Positions 8,821 to 18,047 of a stretch of DNA of 64,000 nucleotides are shown in pieces (positions within the stretch are counted from its first letter, which is position 1; each line of letters begins with the position of its first letter). The notes beneath the pieces were generated by a model. It did no database searches, was not told the DNA's origin, and saw nothing but the letters and a program-made list of their open reading frames with translations. This DNA comes from Promethearchaeota archaeon (GTDB taxonomy: Archaea > Asgardarchaeota > Lokiarchaeia > Sigyniarchaeales > SOKP01), in contig JAHLWS010000065.1 of NCBI GenBank assembly GCA_019057795.1, positions 123,486-187,485 on the forward strand, in the 5' to 3' direction. The translations under genes and the position numbers were made by a program.

Positions 8821-9567
8821 CTATTTTTTTTTGTACCCTACTTTAATAGTCATAGAAAGAGTTTCGTCAAACGCTTGACCTTCTGTTATGCATTTAAAGC
8901 TTAGATCTTCTGCGCTAAACAATTCTGAAAAATATCCAAGCCAGTAGCGCGAATATCTTTTGTTTTGCCTGTGTTTAAACAACACGTGATACTCATCACC
9001 TTCCTTATGAACATCTATCTTATAGAAATAATTCGCAACAACCCAAATCTTCGCTATAGTAGCGATTATTTCGTCTATTGAAAGGTTTTTAAGGGGCTTT
9101 TCGGTATACCATAAGATTAAGTCAAACGCTATGTTTTTTTTAAAAGGTTTATCTAAAGCCTTTTTAGGAGCGTCAGCTGCCGCTATCAATTGATTAAAAG
9201 TTGTTTTCCCAATAAGCATCATTTTCATCTCATCTCGAGACCTAACCCATAAATCGCGATCAAGATTCTTTTGTTTGCCATAATAACTGATTGCGCGTTC
9301 TAAAAAGGAAACTAATTTTTCCTCTTCTTCCTTATATGTATCAACAATGGCTTTAACTTCAGGTGATATAGAATTATATTCGTCATACATTTCAATTGCA
9401 ACCTTTACTAAATTAGAAATTGTCGTTCCTAAATTCTTGTATTTATCGATAATGTTCCTAGTAGTTTCATCTACTTTAACGTAGATTGGTTTGTCTTTTG
9501 ATTCAACTTCTTTCGTTTCATCAGAATTTTTATTATTCTTCTTATTAATATGAGCCATAAGAATCAC
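8821..9567 (-). CDS. hypothetical protein, N-terminal RHH-like segment (putative regulator)
   Basis: PIYVKVDETTRNIIDKYK...TISNLVKVAI. Confidence 0.6.
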   Translation of the reverse strand: MILMAHINKKNNKNSDETKEVESKDKPIYVKVDETTRNIIDKYKNLGTTISNLVKVAIEMYDEYNSISPEVKAIVDTYKEEEEKLVSFLERAISYYGKQKNLDRDLWVRSRDEMKMMLIGKTTFNQLIAAADAPKKALDKPFKKNIAFDLILWYTEKPLKNLSIDEIIATIAKIWVVANYFYKIDVHKEGDEYHVLFKHRQNKRYSRYWLGYFSELFSAEDLSFKCITEGQAFDETLSMTIKVGYKKK

Positions 9568-9946
9568 CTATAAAATTATTTAACCTTTTTTTCCTTTTTT
9601 ACCTTCTATGTTTCTATTTTAATATATATTTCAATATTAAATAACTATGTTAATAAATGTTCAGATTATTTATAATTAGGATTACGACCGTAACAATTTA
9701 TTTATATTGATATATATAAAAATATTCCTTATTTTTGACGCGTTTAATTATAGAGTGATGTTTTTCTAATTTAAATTTATATATTCTTTCATATATTTAA
9801 GAAGTTAGAAAAAAGTAGTTTTAGGCTTATTCTATCACATTTATTTCTATATACGAAACATTTATATATATAATTATACTAATTATTAATTGAGTATATA
9901 TAAAAATATATAAAAATATAAAATAATATTAAAATTAAAATATAAA

Positions 9947-10357
9947 ATGTCAAAGAAAAATTCAGGAGTAGGATGTATAGTAGGATTATTATTTTTTATG
10001 GCTTTCGGGCTATTTTTTATCCTTGAGGTACCATTTAGCATCTTTCAATTTATACCATTTTTCCCAGTGATTTTCATTTTTATTTTTATAATAGCCGTTG
10101 CAGGTGCTTCTTCTGGAAAGTCTAAACATTGTAAACCAGCACAAAATAATTACGATCAAGATCATTATAAACAAGTTCCAAGAGTTAACCCTTATATTGT
10201 GGGGAGCTCTGTTAGAAACGATGTTCAAACTTTGTTAGTAGAAGATTACAAACCAATAGAGCCTACAAAAACGAAAGCTCTCTTTTGTCAATTTTGCGGG
10301 ACGGGGATTGATAAAGATGCTCGCTTTTGCCACCAATGTGGATCCAAGTTGGAATAA
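9947..10357 (+). CDS. membrane protein with C-terminal zinc ribbon
   Basis: Two TM helices; FCQFCG...FCHQCG. Confidence 0.85.
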   Translation: MSKKNSGVGCIVGLLFFMAFGLFFILEVPFSIFQFIPFFPVIFIFIFIIAVAGASSGKSKHCKPAQNNYDQDHYKQVPRVNPYIVGSSVRNDVQTLLVEDYKPIEPTKTKALFCQFCGTGIDKDARFCHQCGSKLE

Positions 10358-10395
10358 TTAAATAATAAATTTAAAATTAAAAATAAAAATAAAGA

Positions 10396-11307
10396 GTGTT
10401 GGAAAAAATGGATGTGTATGATTTATTTTTTAGCATTTGTTTGGGGTTGTTCATCGGGGGCCTTCTTTTCAGCATAATCTCAGTGTTCTTAGCTCAAATG
10501 GAGTCGCAATCGTTAGGTACGGAGATAGACACTGATGTAGATATCGATGCCGACATAGATATTGATGTCGATGTTGATGTCGATGTTGATGTCGATGTAG
10601 ATGTTGATGTAGATGTCGATGTAGATGTCGATATTGACGCTGATGTTGATTTAGATATTGATGTAGATGTTGATTTAGATGTTGATTTAGATATTGATGT
10701 AGATTACGATATAGGGGCGGAATTCGACTCGATCGAAGCTGATGTTGATGTAGATGTGGACGCGGGGGTAGATATTGATAGCGATGTGGATATAGACATA
10801 GACACGGATATTGATATTGATGTAGATGTAGATATAGATGTAGATTCTGATATGTTCGGCACTACAATTACCCCTGCTCCAATTATGCTATTAATATCTG
10901 CATTTCTCTTAGTATTCGGCATTTCAGGAATCTCGCTTTACTATATAATCACCATTGAAGGCTTAAAGTTTATAATGTTCATAGGATCCCCTAGTATTGC
11001 GCTTATCACTTCGAAATATCTAAATGTAGCTTGGAAACATATTGCGAAATCGCAGTATTATAAAATATCCTCGACGCAGAATTTAATAGGAAGAGAAGGA
11101 GAGGTTGTATTACCTATCGATGAGAGAGGAGGTGTAATTAGAATAAATTCAACAACCCCTATGAAATACGAGAAGCTTCATGTTATGCCATATGACGACA
11201 CATCTTATTTCGAGAGAGGTATGAAAGTTTATATTGTAGCAGTTAAAGATAATAAAGTGAGGGTATCTTCTAATAAAAGTATTATTAAAAAAAGAGGTGA
11301 AAAATAA
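10396..11307 (+). CDS. NfeD/YqiJ-like membrane protein with long Asp-hydrophobic dipeptide repeat
   Basis: TM, (DV/DI)n, two TM, then OB-fold (NLIGREGEVVLPIDERGGVIRI); lies upstream of an SPFH gene. Confidence 0.8.
   Translation: MLEKMDVYDLFFSICLGLFIGGLLFSIISVFLAQMESQSLGTEIDTDVDIDADIDIDVDVDVDVDVDVDVDVDVDVDVDIDADVDLDIDVDVDLDVDLDIDVDYDIGAEFDSIEADVDVDVDAGVDIDSDVDIDIDTDIDIDVDVDIDVDSDMFGTTITPAPIMLLISAFLLVFGISGISLYYIITIEGLKFIMFIGSPSIALITSKYLNVAWKHIAKSQYYKISSTQNLIGREGEVVLPIDERGGVIRINSTTPMKYEKLHVMPYDDTSYFERGMKVYIVAVKDNKVRVSSNKSIIKKRGEK
10522..10851 (+). repeat. coding hexamer repeat (GATGTN/GATATN) encoding (D-V/I/A/L)n
   Basis: About 330 bp of gatgtc/gatgtt/gatgta/gatatt units. Confidence 0.95.
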
Positions 11308-11506
11308 AAAAATGAGCGTGAGTGAAAGAGAAATGGAAGAGAATATATACAACTGGCTCTATTTTCATGGCAGAGATGTGCGTACTAAAAAGTTTCAAAA
11401 GAAAATTAACAAAAAGCCTACTTTAACTTATGCTATTTTGATAAACACCGCTATTATTTTAGGTAGCATCTTGACAATTTGGATATTAGCTAACCTAATG
11501 GGTTAA
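11297..11506 (+). CDS. small tail-anchored membrane protein
   Basis: Single C-terminal TM helix; lies between the NfeD-like and SPFH genes. Confidence 0.55.
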   Translation: MKNKKMSVSEREMEENIYNWLYFHGRDVRTKKFQKKINKKPTLTYAILINTAIILGSILTIWILANLMG

Positions 11507-11586
11507 TATATTAATGATTAAAATTTATAAAAAAATGGAATAAAAAAAGATAAGAAAATTAAAAAAAAAGGAGGTTTTAAAAAAAA

Positions 11587-12762
11587 ATGTTGTTTCAAGA
11601 GATTAATGGATTGGTTGTCGGCATTGTAGTGACTTGTGCGATAATAGGGTTCTTGTTCATAATATTTATGGCCGCAAGATATCGGAAATTTAAAACAAAT
11701 CAGTTTGTAATTCATTTAAGAAATGGTAAGGTAAAATCAGCAGGTCTCGGTGGTAGTCTATGGTTATTGCCCTTAATTGACGAATATATTGTTATTCCGA
11801 CTACTAGTATACAAACGATTTTAGAAGCTCACGATCAGGTAGTTTCACAGGAATACCAAAATATTGAATTCGTAGGCATGATTATTTGGAAAGTCGTTGA
11901 TCCTGAAAAAGCGTTTAGCTCGGTTTCATGGAACTTGCGGGATGAGAACTACGTTGAAAAGATTTTAAAAGCAGCTGCGGAGGCAGTTATGAGAACAATA
12001 TGTGCAAATATGCCGCTTGAATTAATCATTAGAGAGAGAAGACAGATAATTGACCATGTTTTAAAAGATTTACACGAGTTATCGGCAGATTGGGGTATTC
12101 TAATCGAAACATTCGAAATATTGGAAGTCATAATCGTAGAGGCCGAATTAAAAAAGAACATGGAAGCTGTCAAGCAAGCGGTTGAGTACAGAAAGGCTAG
12201 GATTGCCAAAGCAGACGCAGAGCGTATATCAAGGTTGCGAGAACTCGAAGTACAGAACGATATTGGTACTCAAGAGCAATTAGTTCAGAGAGAAATTGAA
12301 CTACGAAGGAAAGATAAAGAAATCGCAATTGCTGAGAAAGAACGCGAGCGTAAACAGATTGAAGCCGATGGGGAACGGCGAAGAGTAGTAATTGAAGCCG
12401 ATGGTCAAGCTTCTGCTATTAAGAAAAAATTAATTGCTCAAGCAGAAGGTGAGGCTGAAGGTATAAGGCAACAAATGCTCGCTCAAGCAGAGGGTTTCCG
12501 AGAACAAGTAGATGCTATGAGCAACGCCGATCAAAGGTTCTTGGCAGTTCAATTAACTAACATTTTACCTGAGATATTTAAGCACTTAAGCCCCGATAAA
12601 ATGTTTATTATGGGTAATGGCGACGAGGCGTTTAGCTCGCTTTCGAAAGCCATTTTGCCATTTTTGCAATTATTGCCTGAATACTCAGATAAAATAAAGA
12701 ATTTCTTAGGGAACGGAGACGTGCAGTCCAAGGTTAAAGAATTGTTAACAATTCAGAAATAG
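11587..12762 (+). CDS. SPFH/flotillin-like protein
   Basis: N-terminal TM, band-7 domain, and an AEA/EAE-rich coiled coil (AQAEGEAEGIRQQMLAQAEG). Confidence 0.9.
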   Translation: MLFQEINGLVVGIVVTCAIIGFLFIIFMAARYRKFKTNQFVIHLRNGKVKSAGLGGSLWLLPLIDEYIVIPTTSIQTILEAHDQVVSQEYQNIEFVGMIIWKVVDPEKAFSSVSWNLRDENYVEKILKAAAEAVMRTICANMPLELIIRERRQIIDHVLKDLHELSADWGILIETFEILEVIIVEAELKKNMEAVKQAVEYRKARIAKADAERISRLRELEVQNDIGTQEQLVQREIELRRKDKEIAIAEKERERKQIEADGERRRVVIEADGQASAIKKKLIAQAEGEAEGIRQQMLAQAEGFREQVDAMSNADQRFLAVQLTNILPEIFKHLSPDKMFIMGNGDEAFSSLSKAILPFLQLLPEYSDKIKNFLGNGDVQSKVKELLTIQK

Positions 12763-12902
12763 TAATAAAATATATTTTTTTTTTTTTTTCTTTAAAATTT
12801 TTTTAACTAATTAAAAAAGTAAGAAAAGGAATTTAGAACAAGACAGGAATTAATACTAATAATATATAATTATAATTTAATTTACGAGAGAAGTGAATAA
12901 AT

Positions 12903-13859
12903 TTGATTAGTGAATTTGAAGATTTAGAAGATTTATTGATAGAAGGAAATAAAAAATACCAGTGGAAGATTGTGCAAGAGGAGGAAACGCCTAAAATTGA
13001 CGGCCCAATTCCAAAGTATCCTGTTTTAATCCTTACTTGCATGAACCCAAGTATTGATGTATATCGAATATTTCAATTAAAGCCCGGAGATGTCTTCGTT
13101 TTAAGAAACGCGGGAAATGTGTATACCGAAGATGTTTTGAGATCCGTTTTAATTGCGATACACGAGTATAACATTAAATACATAGTAATTTTGGGACACA
13201 TTGATTGTGGTTTGAAAAAGATTCGTTTAGGTGTTCTAAAGGATAAATTGAACGATTCAGCAATAAAAAAGATCGGAAGATATGGCACGAATTTTTATCT
13301 GGAACTACAGAAGTTTTTTAAAACTTTTATTGACGAGATAAAAAATATTGAGAATCAATTACAAAAATTTAGAAACGCAAAAGAATTACCCACAAATATC
13401 GAAATTAAGGGAATGCTCTACGATCCTAATTCGGGATGGGTATTTGAAGAGAAAGTGTTTAGAAAATACTCGGTTTATGAAAACTTCGCTAAAGATTATC
13501 GAAAAATCTTAAAAGCAAAACAATTTGAGTTGATTGATTATTTAGAAAAAATTGAAGATGAGATTATTAGTGGAGATGTACTACAAGAATTAGAAGAACC
13601 AGAAATAATTGACGAAGACGGCGAAGTACCGCAGGTTGGGGGAGAAATGAACGATCAAGAACCTTTTAATGTGGATGTATTAGAAGAAAGAACTAGTAAA
13701 ACTTCTTCTTTTGATGATCATAACTTTGACTTCGAACAGTTTCAAAACAAATCTATTCCAATGCCAACACTGCAAATCCCAAAAATCTACATACACATAC
13801 CTAAGATTAAAGTCTATGTCCCGGTGTTATATAAAAAAAAGAGTCTAAAATCCGAATAG
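12903..13859 (+). CDS. beta-class carbonic anhydrase-like protein (atypical active site) with acidic tail
   Basis: ILTCMNPS...PGDVFVLRNAGN...ILGHIDCG. Confidence 0.8.
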   Translation: MISEFEDLEDLLIEGNKKYQWKIVQEEETPKIDGPIPKYPVLILTCMNPSIDVYRIFQLKPGDVFVLRNAGNVYTEDVLRSVLIAIHEYNIKYIVILGHIDCGLKKIRLGVLKDKLNDSAIKKIGRYGTNFYLELQKFFKTFIDEIKNIENQLQKFRNAKELPTNIEIKGMLYDPNSGWVFEEKVFRKYSVYENFAKDYRKILKAKQFELIDYLEKIEDEIISGDVLQELEEPEIIDEDGEVPQVGGEMNDQEPFNVDVLEERTSKTSSFDDHNFDFEQFQNKSIPMPTLQIPKIYIHIPKIKVYVPVLYKKKSLKSE

Positions 13860-14000
13860 ATTTTAAAATAAATGTTTTTTTGTATTGATCTATCTATTAA
13901 AACTTGAGAACCAAAACTAGCAGATTATTAGTAGGTAGTAAAAAAATTTTTAATTTAGAAATAATTTATTAATTTAAAAAATTTTCAATATCTATAAAGA

Positions 14001-14133
14001 GCCTCCGTGGCTTAGGCGGTAGAGCATTGCCTTGGTAAGGCAATTTATTAAGAATATATCTTAATAAGCTTATAGGTCGCGGGTTCAAAAGAAAGAAACA
14101 TTTTGTTTTATTTGGAAACTCCCGCCGGAGGCT
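14001..14133 (+). tRNA. tRNA-Thr(GGT) with two non-canonical introns (about 14044-14073 and 14090-14119)
   Basis: Acceptor GCCTCCG/CGGAGGC, anticodon arm TTGCC-TTGGTAA-GGCAA, T stem GCGGG/CCCGC. Removing two ~30-nt AT-rich inserts gives a standard cloverleaf. Confidence 0.9.
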
Positions 14134-14225
14134 TTCTTATTTCTTTTTACTTCTTCTAATAAAACAAAAAAGATAATAATAATTTTAAATTAGATTAATA
14201 GTTAATAATATTATAAATTTAATTT

Positions 14226-14363
14226 GCCGGTGTGGCTTAGCTGGTTATAAAACATTCGTATTAAATGTTTGTTTAATAAGCGCCAGACTCATAATCCTAC
14301 TGAAAAAATGGGTCAGACTGGATGCAATCTGGAGGTTCGTGGGCTCATATCCCACCACCGGCA
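14226..14363 (+). tRNA. tRNA-Met(CAT), elongator type, with D-loop intron (about 14248-14277) and canonical 37/38 intron (about 14294-14326)
   Basis: Acceptor GCCGGTG/CACCGGC-A, D stem GCTT/AAGC, anticodon stem CCAGA/TCTGG with loop CTCATAA, T stem GTGGG/CCCAC. Confidence 0.88.
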
Positions 14364-14507
14364 CTTTTCCTATTTTGAAATCAATATTTCAAATAATTTA
14401 AGACTATTATCTGGGGAAAAAGATTAATATGCCAAAAACTTATTAAATAGGAATGAATTAGTAAATATGGGATTAATTAGAATAAAGAAGTATGGTTTTG
14501 AATTAAA

Positions 14508-14696
14508 ATGAAAATAAAGAAAGTTGATTCTCAGGGTAGAATCGTTTTACCTCGTAGATGGAAGGAAGAGGAGCTTAAGGATGGAAATGAAGTTATAATT
14601 ATTGAGGAAAAAGGTATTTTGAAAATAATTTCAAAAAAGAAAATCGAATTAGCCCAATTTTTTGATACATTAGATTTTGGAGAAGAAGTACTTTAA
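14508..14696 (+). CDS. AbrB/MazE/SpoVT family protein (solo antitoxin-like, possibly truncated)
   Basis: KKVDSQGRIVLPRRW...GNEVII. Confidence 0.75.
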   Translation: MKIKKVDSQGRIVLPRRWKEEELKDGNEVIIIEEKGILKIISKKKIELAQFFDTLDFGEEVL

Positions 14697-14855
14697 AAAT
14701 TGAAAGATTCACTTTCGATAAACACTTTCGGAAACTAAAATATATTAGATGTTTACCACAATTTCCTAAAAAATTCAAATAAATTGCATTAAATTCTTCA
14801 AATAAAGAAATTAAACCTAAAGATTTTTTATCGCATAATCTTAAAGATAATTGTT

Positions 14856-16409
14856 ATGGAAAGATTTATTTCAAAAAAGATTTCTTCCGAAGAATTGGCT
14901 ATATTAGACAATAATTCTGAATGGTTAGGAATTCCAAAAAGCCATTTAATGGAATGCGCGGGGTATTCTTTCGCAACAGAAATAGTATCTCAGGGTTATT
15001 TAAAGGAAAACTCAAAGGTCGTTATTTTTTGTGGAACGGGAAATAATGGGGGAGATGGATTTGTTATCGCTCGTCATTTGTCTTCTTTTGGAGCAAAGGT
15101 ATTAGTGGTCTTAGTTGGAACACCTGATAAAATAAGAACAAAAGAAGCTCAACTCAATTGGAACATAATACGTAACAATCTAACTTACTCGATTAAAATA
15201 GAATTTATTAAAGATTCTACTGACGTAAAAAAGATTGAATCTATTATTGAAAAAGATCAAAGTTATATGTTAATAATAGATGGATTACTCGGTACGGGGA
15301 TAAAGGGACACGTCAGAGAACCAATATCATCAACAATTGACCTCATAAATAATATACGGGAAAAAGAAAGAGAGCGCATTAAGGTTGCCTCTATTGATAT
15401 ACCTTCCGGAATGAATCCCGATACAGGAAAAGTTCCTGATAAAGCAGTTAATACGGATTTAGTAATAACCTTTCATAGGATTAAAAAAGGCATGAAAACT
15501 GGAAAATATCAAATAGTAGTAAAATCTATTGGGATACCACAAGAAGCAAGTATCTTTGTTGGAAAAGGTGATTTAATCCCAACTTTGAAATCAAGAAAAA
15601 TTGATAACCACAAGGGAGAATTCGGAAGGGTTTTGGTTATTGGTGGCTCAAAGAATTATTCTGGAGCGCCTGCTTACGCTTCGTTATCAAGTATTCGTTT
15701 TGGATGCGACTTAGTTATAACTTACGTTCCGGAAGTCGTTGGAAATGTAGTAAGAAGTTATTCTCCAAACATGATAGTAAGGACAAGTCCAGGAGATTGG
15801 TTAACTACAAAAGCATTAGACGAAATTTTATTGTTAATTGATTGGGCAAACACAATAATTATTGGCCCAGGATTAGGAACTGAAAACGCAAGCGAGGAAC
15901 TCTTAATTAAAGTCTTAGAACCAATTAAAAATAAGGATAAATCAATTGTTATAGATGCAGATGCTTTAAAATTAATCAAAAACCATCTTGATTTAATAAA
16001 GGGAAAAAATGTGATTTTAACTCCTCACGAAGGAGAATTGAAAATTATGGCGGGTATTGAATTACCACCCTATCACGAAATAGAACGGAGGGGAACCGAG
16101 ATATTTAACTTAGCTAAAAAACTTGGCGTTACGTTATTGGTAAAAGGACCATATGATTACATTAGCAATGGTAAAAAACTAAAAATAAATAGAACTGGCT
16201 GCCCAGAAATGTCCATTGGCGGAACTGGCGACGTGTTAGCGGGATTGTGCGCTAGCTTTTTAACTATAAGAAATAGTCCGTTCCAATCTGCATGCTCTGC
16301 CGCTTTTTTGAATGGTTATATAGGAGAATTTTGTAAAAAAACGATAGGACTTCGATTTACGGCAATGGATATGATAATTAACATTAATAAAGGAATTTTG
16401 AGCTTATAA
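14856..16409 (+). CDS. nnr: bifunctional NAD(P)H-hydrate epimerase/dehydratase
   Basis: LMECAG, GTGNNGGDG, DIPSG; HKGEFGRVLVIGGS, DADAL, LTPHEGE, GGTGDVLAG. Confidence 0.95.
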   Translation: MERFISKKISSEELAILDNNSEWLGIPKSHLMECAGYSFATEIVSQGYLKENSKVVIFCGTGNNGGDGFVIARHLSSFGAKVLVVLVGTPDKIRTKEAQLNWNIIRNNLTYSIKIEFIKDSTDVKKIESIIEKDQSYMLIIDGLLGTGIKGHVREPISSTIDLINNIREKERERIKVASIDIPSGMNPDTGKVPDKAVNTDLVITFHRIKKGMKTGKYQIVVKSIGIPQEASIFVGKGDLIPTLKSRKIDNHKGEFGRVLVIGGSKNYSGAPAYASLSSIRFGCDLVITYVPEVVGNVVRSYSPNMIVRTSPGDWLTTKALDEILLLIDWANTIIIGPGLGTENASEELLIKVLEPIKNKDKSIVIDADALKLIKNHLDLIKGKNVILTPHEGELKIMAGIELPPYHEIERRGTEIFNLAKKLGVTLLVKGPYDYISNGKKLKINRTGCPEMSIGGTGDVLAGLCASFLTIRNSPFQSACSAAFLNGYIGEFCKKTIGLRFTAMDMIININKGILSL

Positions 16410-16547
16410 AATTATTAAAATCTTTTTGTCAGATGACAACTATACAAGGTTATATAGCTTGTTTTCTGCAAATTAATTTTTAATAAAAGTTTATTAACAT
16501 CTAATATATTATTATAGTATAAAATTATTGTCCTTATTATAACACAG

Positions 16548-17411
16548 TTGGTTGAGAGTATATTGGGAACTCAAGTATTCAGGATATTACCAGATGGTAA
16601 CACAGAAGAAAACAAGACAGAAGGCCCTATAAAAGATATTCTAAAGACGGCAGAGTGCTACGTAATAGTTTCTGACGAATACCGTAAAGTTTATTTATGG
16701 AAAGGCATTGAGAGTAATGTTAGATCGAAATTTATAGGTGCAAAACGTAGCCAAGATATACGCGGTCAGGTAGGCATGCATTTTGGGGTTGTTCCTCTCG
16801 ACGAGGGAGATGAAGAACCAGATTTTATAAAGTTAATTGGTGGGAAGACCGAAGGAGGTATTGCAAAGGAGATTAAAGAGGAAGGAAAACCAGCAGCTAG
16901 AGCCACTCCAGCAGGGCATCCCTTAAGAGGGAAAAATGTATTTGGTACCCCTAAACCTGCAGCGGGAATGAATATAGCCGGGTCCAGAGATAGAGCAACT
17001 CAAAACACAGGACCTTTGTATACTGGTCAGGAGTCGTTTTCTACGCTTATGCAAGACGAAACACACGTGGATTTTAACGAAATTATGCAAAAATTAGAAG
17101 CCATCAAAATACCTGATGGATTTGAAAGAGAATTAATAATTATCGGGAATCACGCATACTCAGTAGTCGAAAGAGTTCAAACGTTTTTGGGCAAAAAACA
17201 AGTATCAAAAGAGATTTCAAAGGTTGGAGCCATTCCAGAAGGTGTATTTTTTGCTGAGGATTATTCTCCAAGAATTTTATCAGAGAATGGCAAGATATTA
17301 GCAATAGAATTTCTTAAACATACAAGTGGACCTAAGGATGTTAAAGTAGAGTATAAATCTAAGAAAGAAATTTTAAAAAACCAGATAAAAACTCAGCTTG
17401 AAAAACGATAG
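16548..17411 (+). CDS. gelsolin-domain protein with uncharacterised C-terminal domain
   Basis: ECYVIVSDEYRKVYLWKGIESNVRSKF...LDEGDEEPDF matches the gelsolin repeat consensus (vyvWxGxxs...xEGxExxxF). Confidence 0.85.
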   Translation: MVESILGTQVFRILPDGNTEENKTEGPIKDILKTAECYVIVSDEYRKVYLWKGIESNVRSKFIGAKRSQDIRGQVGMHFGVVPLDEGDEEPDFIKLIGGKTEGGIAKEIKEEGKPAARATPAGHPLRGKNVFGTPKPAAGMNIAGSRDRATQNTGPLYTGQESFSTLMQDETHVDFNEIMQKLEAIKIPDGFERELIIIGNHAYSVVERVQTFLGKKQVSKEISKVGAIPEGVFFAEDYSPRILSENGKILAIEFLKHTSGPKDVKVEYKSKKEILKNQIKTQLEKR

Positions 17412-17580
17412 AATTTTTCTTTAACCATATTCTTTTATTTAATTTTTTATTGAGTTCTAATTAAACTTTAAAACAATTTAACCTATTAATTGAATAATAT
17501 AAATTTTTAAGTTCGAAACGTCTATTTTATATTAAATAAAGAATAATAAAAAGATCAATTAAAAGCCAGAGATTATTCAA

Positions 17581-17964
17581 ATGAGCGATTTAAGCCAAGA
17601 TCAAGCACATAGCTTATCGAAATTTCTTGGTAATATTACCGAGCACACGGAATTAGAAGCCCTTGCCTTAGTAACCCGTGATGGTTTACGCCTTGCTTTT
17701 TCTTGCATCCCGGATTACGAAGTGGACCCCGATTTATTTTCGAGTTTAAGTGCTGTAGTAATGCAAAGTGGTTATGATGCTATACAATCATTAGGGTATA
17801 ATAATTTGTTAGAAGTGGTTTTAAGAGGAGATAATTCGTTTATAATTTTAAGTGGAGCAGGTAGGTTTTTCCTCATGGGAGGGAGCAGAAAGATTGAAGA
17901 TTTGGGGAAGATCGTAACTGTATTCCGCTACTACGCGGGAGAGATTTCAAAAAGATATCCTTAA
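17581..17964 (+). CDS. roadblock/LC7 (MglB-like) protein
   Basis: ALALVTRDGLRLA...DPDLFSSLSAVV...LEVVLRGDNSFIIL. Confidence 0.85.
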   Translation: MSDLSQDQAHSLSKFLGNITEHTELEALALVTRDGLRLAFSCIPDYEVDPDLFSSLSAVVMQSGYDAIQSLGYNNLLEVVLRGDNSFIILSGAGRFFLMGGSRKIEDLGKIVTVFRYYAGEISKRYP

Positions 17965-18047
17965 ACATATCATTTTATATATGTAATAAGAAGATATTAT
18001 GCGAATTTTTTAATAGACATATATTTATATACTTTAAAAAAAAATAG

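Noticed and set aside
9850-9946. AT-only repeats (tatataaaaa) as an origin or array
   Set aside because: Indistinguishable from low-complexity promoter DNA in a very AT-rich genome; no ORB-like motif or cdc6 gene nearby.
10522-10851. Possible CRISPR or non-coding tandem array
   Set aside because: It has hexamer periodicity in frame within a CDS, with no unique spacers and no cas genes. I saw no CRISPR array anywhere in the window.
10704-10922. Ser/Thr-repeat ORF on the minus strand
   Set aside because: It is the antisense shadow of the (DV/DI)n coding repeat.
14508-14760. Complete toxin-antitoxin pair after the tRNAs
   Set aside because: Only the AbrB-like gene is present; no PIN or RelE toxin ORF follows.
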